Shown in pieces: positions 56,054 through 64,000 of a stretch of DNA of 64,000 bases. Every line of letters starts with the position of its first letter. The first letter of the stretch is position 1. The notes beneath the pieces are model-generated. The model saw only the letters and a list, made by a program, of their open reading frames with translations, ran no database searches and was not told the origin of the DNA. The stretch lies in the IMG/VR virus record IMGVR_UViG_2061766007_000697; one strand, given 5' to 3'. The position numbers were made by a program, and so were the translations under genes. Source of the stretch: an uncultured virus (IMG/VR IMGVR_UViG_2061766007_000697). Lineage: Duplodnaviria; Heunggongvirae; Uroviricota; Caudoviricetes.

Positions 56054-56639
56054 ATGTCTATCTCCATCCGCTTCTACGACGCTAACGACACCCTCACCAC
56101 CTTCGTTGCCAACGAGGGCGAAACCTTTGAGCAGATCCTCGGACACGACGATGTCCAGGAATGGTTTGACAACTCCGACGCCGATTGCGACGACGAAATT
56201 GTCGACTGCATCAGCTCCATCAATGGCGCCGATGTCGNNNNNNNNNNNNNNNNNNNNNNNCCGCGCCACTGCGCAGAACGACGACGAAATCAGCTTCAAC
56301 TTTGTCGTTGACAACGATGAAAACGAAGACTTCGATGCTGCCATCAATCGCGAAGGAAACGGTGCCACCGCTGCTGGTGCTTCTGGTGTCGTGATCGTCT
56401 CCATCGCCGGCGGCCTCCAGACTGCCCGTATTAACATCACCAATGGTACCACCACGCTCCGCGACGTTATCTTCAACGATACTGTTCGCGCTCGCTCTGG
56501 CATGTCTGATGCGCAGCTCAGCGAAGCCACCATCCAGTACAAGGGCACTTGCTATTCTGGTCAGCAGCTCAGCAACGTCTATGTGAACGATGCCGATATC
56601 ATCGAGCTCGCTCCCCGCGTTGCCGCCACCAAGGGCTGA
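56054..56639 (+). CDS. Tandem ubiquitin-like domain protein ending in Gly
   Basis: Two beta-grasp-like units (ISIRF...EGETFEQIL...NDDEISF; VIVSI...GTTTLRDV...DADIIEL) and C-terminal ATKG. Confidence 0.7.
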
Positions 56640-56657
56640 TCTATAAGGAATTGATGC

Positions 56658-57137
56658 ATGACTGAACCGCAGAGCTGGCACGTTGTAATACCGATTCGAC
56701 CAAAAGCCGTCCAATCCTCCAGAGGCGACCGGGGACACTTCCACGTCGACCCTAAGGTGCGTAGATGGAAAGAGTCGATCAGGCCTTATATTGTGCAAGC
56801 ATGCGACGGGCGACCAGCGTCTAAGCTCCCGATTCAGGTTGTCGGTTTGCGTTATTACTACCGTTTGCCTAAAGCGGCTAAGAAGAGCGTAGTCAAGTAT
56901 GTGCAGGACGGAGGGATTATCCCTTACCTTGCACCTGCTGACATTACCGATAACCTGAATAAAGGAGTTATTGATGTTTGCAAGGGGCTAGTTTTTGAAG
57001 ATGATGCTCAGATATGGATCATAGATGGTGTCGTTACCAAACAGTACGCACTTGAAGACCGTATCGAACTTGACTTCATCGAGACGCCTGATGTTATGCT
57101 GATTGACGGCAAATTAGCAAGTGAGTCGACGGACTAA
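56658..57137 (+). CDS. rusA: RusA-like Holliday junction resolvase
   Basis: DITDNLNKGVID...FEDDAQI. Confidence 0.8.
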   Translation: MTEPQSWHVVIPIRPKAVQSSRGDRGHFHVDPKVRRWKESIRPYIVQACDGRPASKLPIQVVGLRYYYRLPKAAKKSVVKYVQDGGIIPYLAPADITDNLNKGVIDVCKGLVFEDDAQIWIIDGVVTKQYALEDRIELDFIETPDVMLIDGKLASESTD

Positions 57138-57506
57138 TTTCCACGTTACTGAAGAACTGCTAATAGAGCGCGCCTCGCTGCATGCTTTGGTGGACTATTT
57201 CTGGAAGGTTCTTCCCAATACAAGGGAAGAGATCTACAAGGAGTTGTCCACCTTACTTTGTCTCAGCGATGCGCACATATCAGATCTTAATTCCCGGCAA
57301 ATAAAGACTGTAGCTGAAAGATTCCACGAAAAGTTACATTTGTTGGCTCCCTGTGCGGACTGTGCATATTGCCATAAGACAAGTTATGGCTTGTGTTTGT
57401 GCAATNNNNNNNNNNNNNNNNNNNNNNNNNNNNNNNNNNNNNNNNNNNCAACCACAAAGCGCTTTAGCAGAGAGGTGTACGCTTTATGCTCCGGAACATA
57501 TTTCCA

Positions 57507-57974
57507 ATGAAGAATGATTCGCCTGATCCAGAAAAGCGCATTGACTGTGGTGAGCCATCGCTCCTAGAGCTCTTAACAGGACGTCAGCAAATAGCTTTTG
57601 CCATCAAGGGTAAAGCCTTATTTCAATTCGAGCTTTGTTTCAGACTTTACCAGAATCAGCTTCTGACATATGTCGAAACGCTCAAAGAGGAATATCCTGA
57701 AGCGCAGTTCTCAGTCAACGCAAATAAACTCACTGTGACTTTGCAAATCCCGTATCTTTGCGACACGTTCCCGGTCACTACCTCATTGACATCCACGACC
57801 TATACGCATAACCAGACATGGATTGAAGTCAGAAAAGCAACCGCCATGGTTGATGACATCTATTCCAGGGTTCTGGCATTGCATATAGAACGCGCAGCGC
57901 TGGAAGGGCGACAATATGGAACAAAAACAATTGCTTCGACAACTGTGGGACATAGAGGCGAGCCGAACGACTAA
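57507..57974 (+). CDS. Hypothetical protein
   Basis: ORF in operon context; start uncertain. Confidence 0.45.
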   Translation: MKNDSPDPEKRIDCGEPSLLELLTGRQQIAFAIKGKALFQFELCFRLYQNQLLTYVETLKEEYPEAQFSVNANKLTVTLQIPYLCDTFPVTTSLTSTTYTHNQTWIEVRKATAMVDDIYSRVLALHIERAALEGRQYGTKTIASTTVGHRGEPND

Positions 57975-58580
57975 CGGCAATGCCTGCCGTCTCCAGTTGC
58001 AGACCGAATCGGGGCCTACTGAATTTCTGGTGTGCTCTAAAGCGGTCTTGATGGATTATGCACCATCAAAAACTCTAGAAGCCGGCAAGCTTTACACAGT
58101 AAACAAGCTTCCATTGAAAAAGCTGGAAGATATCTCAAGAGNNNNNNNNNNTCGCTTAACATCACCAAGGATGATTACATCGAAGACTGCTTTATGCCAC
58201 TGAACAACTGGCATGAAATAGGAATGGGTGTATTCTCTAAAGATGATGAGAAGGTTGTTCTAGAGTCAGTCCTGCCTTATCTTAAGTCAGGAAGTTTCCA
58301 GTTCGCCGGTCTGGCATTACACTACATACCGGACGAGGTGCGCTGGGAAATCAATAAGAACAGCTCGTTGACTGCACTGAATGCACGTATCGGCAAGATG
58401 CGTACAGGTCCAGTCCTCGTGCTGCTCCTGTCGTGTGACACAGCTTTGCTTGTAGTCACGTTATCCAAAATACCACAAAACAAGCCGCAGAACAGCAACA
58501 TNNNNNNNNNNNNNNNNNNNNNNNNNNNNNNNNNNNNNNNNNNNNNNNNNNNNNNNNNNNNNNNNNNNNNNNNNNNNNTT

Positions 58581-59074
58581 TAGCCAATCCCGTAAAGCGC
58601 AAGGAAGAAGCGCCAGCAGAGGTTGTGCATGTGCCTGAGGAGAATCCTCCGATCCAGGATGCGCCTGCTGCAGAACCTCAGGTTGAGGAAGTTCAGCCCG
58701 AACAGGCAGATGAAATCGCAGAACAGGCTCCTGAACCTGTTGGTGAAATAGACCGTAACGGCTATACGGCCCCTCCTGCCTCCAAGATCGGTACAGAGCC
58801 TAGCGCTGATCCCGGTGATGCGCCCAAGAAGCGCACCCGCACGAAACGTGTTGCGGTTGCTCCGTCTGCCAATGCGAGCAAGTTGATCGATGATCTCATC
58901 ACCTATCTCGGCTCTCCTGTTGCTGATAGTATGACCTCTGATCAGATGCAAGAAGAGGTTCGCAAACTCCGTGACCTCGGCGTTGTGCTCGTTCGTCGCC
59001 AGAGCAATCTCTTCACAGCTGCCACCGCTTCCGAAAAGAAACTTCGGGATGTCCTTCGTGGCGTCCTCGGATAA
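58581..59074 (+). CDS. Hypothetical Pro/Glu-rich protein (start in gap)
   Basis: Low-complexity N-terminal region with helical C-terminus. Confidence 0.5.
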
Positions 59075-59130
59075 TAGAGGATCGTCACCCCTGNNNNNNN
59101 NNNNNNNNNNNNNNNNNNNNNNNNNNNNNN

Positions 59131-60217
59131 AACTCAATTAAGAGCCGTACTGTCGCATCAGAAGGGTCTGCTGCTTAAACAGATCGATGACTCACTTGCA
59201 TATGCTGCCACCAGAAACGTTAACTCTATCAGAGGCACAGTCGAGGGCGACGGTAACGTAACAAACAGCTTCATCCTTGGCAAAGTGACTGTAGCCAAGG
59301 ATGCTGTTGTTGCAAATTGTATCATAGATGATAGCGTTGATCTGACAGTAGAGGAAGGTGCTGTAGTCTGTGATTGCAGTATCCATCCTTCTATGATAGG
59401 TAACGTTCGATGCCCTGTTACTGTACATGTTGGTAAGAACTCTATCCTGTTCAATGTGCAGTCTGCCGAATATATCACAATGGGTAATGACAGCATCATC
59501 TGTTATACACAGCTTCATGAAGTCGGTAACTCCTATGAGACCGTGCAGGCACATGGTGTGCGTGTTGGCAACAACGTCTTTATTTATGGCTGCTATCTCA
59601 GATCTTATGAAGAGGTTGCTGCAAATGCGAGTAATGCCAAAGTGTGTATAGGCGATGGCTCTGTACTGTGGCTTTCCAGGCTTGTAGCAAGCGACGGTAT
59701 ATTAGATATCGGCCCTAATGCCACTGTATGTGATTACAACTATGCGTTCAGGGTCTGCAGAAAAGGTGAAGGCATAACAAACCCGCCTAATGCAAACCAT
59801 GACAACGGGCATACCCCACTGGCTACTTTCCTTGGCAATATGCAACAGTACGCGCAGCTGGAAGTCTGTCAGACCAAGCTCGAGGCTGCTGGTGGTCTTT
59901 ACATCGGCGCAAGTGTAACATTTAATGGCGCCTTTGAGAAGATCCCGAACAGCAAGGTAAGTTTGGGCAAAGATAATGTAATCATAAATACCGCTCACGG
60001 TAATTCACATGAGCATGCCCAGTCGTTCAATATACATACACTGAAGACGGGTGACAGGGTTACGTTCTGTTGCGATGGCGACAACTGGTATTCCAATCGT
60101 GAACCGGAGCGCTTTGTAGAAGTGGGTTCAGATGTTACGCTATTGATTAATACCAATGGAAATCATTTCAAGGGTATGGACAAGCGCGTGCCATCTAACA
60201 CACGGGCAACATTATAA
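59131..60217 (+). CDS. Left-handed beta-helix (hexapeptide repeat)-like protein (start in gap)
   Basis: VGKNSIL, MGNDSII, VGNNVFI, IGDGSVL, IGPNATV repeats. Confidence 0.7.
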
Positions 60218-60227
60218 GGAGACACTA

Positions 60228-60793
60228 TGTCTTTAACACAAGAAGCGATCAGCAGCCTTAAAGCTAAGATTGAGCCAAGAGATCCGACTACGATTACTGA
60301 GACGGGTCTGGCAAAGCTTGCCAATGGTACACTGATTGCAAGGCACTCAACTAAAGAGGGCTTCAGGGATGCTGACGAAGTGCAGCAGGCAATCAACAAT
60401 GATGCTGACATGGTCGCAGAACTCGAAGCCTTGAGAGAGCAGCAGACAGCGAAGTCTAAAAAGAAGGGCAAGAAGAAAGCTGCCGAGGCTCCTGCACCTG
60501 TTGCACAACCTAAGCAGCCAGAGGCAAAGGCTGTTACGGTCCGACTTGATGGGATTGGTGAGATCCCGACACAATACGCCAATATTAATTTTGGTGAGAA
60601 CGGTGTCGCACTTTTGGGATTGACTAAGATGTCGTTTATTCCGAAGATCACGGATCCGACCAGTGATGAGCCTCCTACGCTCTTTGAACTCAGTCCGCGC
60701 CCTGGTACGAAATTCGTCTACTTGGGCAACACAGTAACACTTGACAATGGCGTGAAACAGCTCGTTCTTTACGAGGCGCCAGAAGAGGAATGA
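60228..60793 (+). CDS. Hypothetical protein
   Basis: aaggag RBS. Confidence 0.6.
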
Positions 60794-62134
60794 TTATGGA
60801 TAAGAATAGTGCAGAACACAAGCCCTGTACCTATTGCAACAATGACGCGCTTCCGGATACCGATCCTCCGGTTTGCGCCGAATGCCAGAACACTAAGCAC
60901 GCATCTGATGATTCCGAGCCTGCTACGCTGAAGGAGCTCCAGGCCCGTGATTGACATGAGAAAGCTGCTGCTTAAAGCGGCTTCCNNNNNNNNNNNNNNN
61001 NNNNNNNNNNNNNNNACGATAGAAGCGAACCGATCTGCTTTTGCTCCAATGATCCTACATATATAAGATCACGAAAAGCAAAGCTGATTACGCCTGGTGA
61101 GTTTCTGGCAAATTCGCTCTACAGCACACCGACTATGATGCGACTGGATGCGATTACCAGACCCACCTTCCCCATAGAGGATACGGATGCTTTAATGGCA
61201 GCGTTTCTTCCTGGTATGGGCGCGGGACATCCTTCATTTTCCTGGCAGGATACACCAGGTCAGATGTTGTGGGATCTCGCTGGTTCCTGGCATCAGGTCA
61301 ATCGTTTTCTTGCCACAGGTAATGAGCCGGTCTTAACAAAGCTGCGGCATAACAAGCAACAGCCTGGGTATGTTCCTGCAGCAGAACGGCCTGATCCTGT
61401 GCCCGGCATTGACACAACGTTTGATCATTTGTTGCCTAGAATGAGCCATGGTACCAGACGCTCGGCTTTGCAGGTCAATGACATCTATGAGGACTACAGA
61501 GACGATGTGCTCTGGATGTGCAGGGCTATCTATGAGATGCTGCCCGTGTACGGTTATCATAGCCTGGTCATTGGTAATACAAGATGTTCCAGATCAGGTG
61601 AAGGTAGCCTGGAAGAGACATTGATGATGCCTCTTTGTGCTACGGATACATCTGTACGCAGGCTCATGGAAGTAGAGATGGATATCTTGTCAAGAGCAAT
61701 AGAGATCGGCTATGACTATTGTGAAACGCCGCTTGCTTACTATCTGGAAAGGAGCGTCTCTATGGCAAAAGCCTCAGGCAACTGGTATGGCTGCCCAAGC
61801 ATCAACCTCTCTGATGCCTATTNNNNNNNNNNNNNNNNNNNNNNNNNNNNNNNNNNTCTTAGGGTTGCAGAGATCTCTTATGCGCAGAACCTGTTCAGGT
61901 CTTTGTCGCATATGTGCACGATCACAATAGACAGTCATACGCCAGAGATTAGAAGACGTCTCGCTGCAGTGCACGATAATGACGCATTGGCAGAATTGCT
62001 TACAGGTGTCTGGAACCAAGAACAGCAGGAGGTCTAATGGGCTTTATCTTATTCATTTTCGGTATTCTGGCGGGTGCAGCTGTGTGGTCTGTGCCTGCTG
62101 CCATCATTGGGCTTTTTACAAGAGGTAACCGCAA

Positions 62135-63187
62135 ATGATCGAAGTAATCAAGCAGTCTGCAAGGTTGCTCACTCACAGTGACCCCCTTGAGATGGTAGAG
62201 CATGCTGCCAGGATCTGCTATGACTCAGTTGATAAGATGAAACCAGGAAGCGCAGAGCCAATGGTCAGAAGTCTTATTAAGCTGGGTCATTTCACTCCGC
62301 TGGAACACGCACATGTTGATCTTTATATAGATAAGGTGGCTGACAAAGAAGCCAGAAGTTATGTCGAGAATCTGTATCAATTTGCTGCACCAATGGATTT
62401 TGCATTTTGTGATAGAAAGCTGACGCGCGGGGCCTTCTATAAGGGTGCAAATGAAGCAGGCAACTTCGTTTCAGGTAATCTCAGAGATATCGTCTGGTAT
62501 CTTGGACAGCACACCGATCCTATAGAGATCATTAAACAGGCAGCTGTTCCTACGCCTAAATATGCAGTATTGGAGCTCATAACGGATAGAGGCATCGCCA
62601 CAGAGTTCTTCCGTCATCGAACTATGTCATATGACGACAACGGAACAATGTGCGGAACAATATCACTTGATGTTGACTTTGTTCCGGAACCGAGCGTAAA
62701 CCAGCAGTCAACACGTTATGTCAACTTCGATAAGAAGGGCGCATTCTTGATACTGCCGGAGCCTGCTGACTGGGCATATGACAGCTCCAAATGGGAATAC
62801 CTTATGTGGAAGCAGACATGCATCTATTCGATCCAATGCTATATCGATATGGTGCAGAACAAAATGCCTCCAGAGTATGCACGCAACGTTCTGCCGCTTA
62901 GTCTTGGTACCAAAGTGGTAATGTCTGGTTCTCTTATTAATTGGCTCTATGTCTTGAATCTGCGGTTGCCTAAAGGAGCGCACCCACAGGCGAGAGTCTT
63001 GTCGGCGCACATCTGGGATGCTCTTATGGCTGATCCGTATAACAGCAGCTACATTAACAGAGTCCTGACAGAAGGCAAACTGGATCATCAATTCCAGCAC
63101 ATCGACTTTGCCAGCGAAGTAGCAGCCATCAAAANNNNNNNNNNNNNNNNNNNNNNNNNNNNNNNNNNNNNNGCAGACGCCCGTTAA
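62135..63187 (+). CDS. thyX: Flavin-dependent thymidylate synthase
   Basis: GHFTPLEH, DRGIATEFFRHR, QQSTRYV, EYARNVLP. Confidence 0.92.
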   Translation: MIEVIKQSARLLTHSDPLEMVEHAARICYDSVDKMKPGSAEPMVRSLIKLGHFTPLEHAHVDLYIDKVADKEARSYVENLYQFAAPMDFAFCDRKLTRGAFYKGANEAGNFVSGNLRDIVWYLGQHTDPIEIIKQAAVPTPKYAVLELITDRGIATEFFRHRTMSYDDNGTMCGTISLDVDFVPEPSVNQQSTRYVNFDKKGAFLILPEPADWAYDSSKWEYLMWKQTCIYSIQCYIDMVQNKMPPEYARNVLPLSLGTKVVMSGSLINWLYVLNLRLPKGAHPQARVLSAHIWDALMADPYNSSYINRVLTEGKLDHQFQHIDFASEVAAIKXXXXXXXXXXXXXADAR

Positions 63188-63954
63188 TCAGAATGCACCC
63201 AATACTGTTAATGCTACGCAAAGGCAGCAGGATGCGAAAGACAACGAAAGCATAAAGGAAAAGATCCTGCAACTCGAAGCAGATGTTGCAGATCTCAAGA
63301 AGGCTGTTGATCAGCTGACAATCGACGCCTACCGTCGCTAACACTCTACCAACGGTATAGAATCCAGGGCGGCTTCGGTCGCCCTTTTTGTTGTCCATGG
63401 AAAGACATAGACTACACAGAAACCTAGTCCAAGGCATACTGCTGCTGGGGCTGTCTCCAAGAGAGATTTCGGATGCCTTTCAGATATCGACAGTACAGGC
63501 AAATAAGATACTGAATGGCAGGCCCGTCTTCTTGGAACAGCAACAGCTGGANNNNNNNNNNNNNNNNNNNNAACCAGCTGCAGTATGCGTTATCGGCGCG
63601 TGTGGAAAGGCTTATGAACAACGAAAAAACCCGAAAAAGTTTCGTTGCCTGGGTACATTCGGCGGCACTCATGATGGACATCTATGATGGTATGCAACCC
63701 TATGCGGATCAGTGTAATTTTCTGAATCCGATGGACCCGTTCCTGACAGGGTTGTATACAGTGGATGCAGNNNNNNNNNNNNNNNNNNNNNNNNNNNNNN
63801 NNNNNNNNNNNNNNNNNNNNNNNNNNNNNNNNACTGGAGACCTTTCAAGGGGTCGATTTTGGCAATTCCAGAGACCGGGTTCCGGCGTCTATTGATATCT
63901 TTGCGTTATCTCCTGAAGACGCAAAGAGAAGGGAAACTTTAGTAAGGAGTAACA

Positions 63955-64000
63955 ATGAACATTATTAAACGAGATGGCAGCGTGGCGGAGTTTGATAGAA
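63955..64000 (+). CDS. Start of ATP-cone protein (likely ribonucleotide reductase)
   Basis: MNIIKRDGSVAEFDR; aaggag RBS; truncated by window end. Confidence 0.7.
   Translation, partial: MNIIKRDGSVAEFDR

Noticed and set aside
1..64000. CRISPR array or other non-coding tandem repeat array
   Set aside because: No regularly spaced direct repeats seen; large N gaps (8612, 17464, 18757, 27009, 47049) could hide one
1..64000. Stop-codon reassignment or programmed frameshifts
   Set aside because: Conserved genes are intact in the standard code; frame breaks coincide with N gaps or introns; the Leu tRNA anticodon UAG reads CUA and is not a suppressor

Overview
The window looks like a fragment of a large (jumbo-type) dsDNA phage genome in the standard genetic code. 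Many N gaps have inexact lengths and break reading frames, so several ORF-track fragments are re-joined here. Layout: tail-fibre/adhesin genes (1-10 kb); an accessory region with an FNT channel, an HNH nuclease, lipoproteins and a tRNA/ncRNA cluster (12.5-17.2 kb); a hairpin-rich non-coding region (17.2-18.7 kb); terminase large subunit on the minus strand with an intein (19.5-23 kb); an array of small SH3/KOW-like genes (24-25.6 kb); a replication/recombination block (SbcD, SbcC, SF2 helicase, DnaB-like helicase, primase, PolA with two group I introns, SSB-like, RecA-like); an IStron-like group I intron plus TnpB; a retron-like reverse transcriptase; NAD ligase; an E2-JAB-E1-Ubl-Ubl cassette; RusA; ThyX; and the start of an ATP-cone protein. 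Most notable: (1) a stand-alone mimic of the 23S rRNA L11-binding domain (H43-H44), split by a ~187-nt insert, heading the tRNA cluster beside several CCA-ended tRNA-like RNAs with expanded arms; (2) the phage-borne ubiquitin-like cassette; (3) a terminase intein whose homing endonuclease is encoded in an overlapping second frame; (4) a phage IStron. All calls come from reading motifs by eye; no database searches were run.
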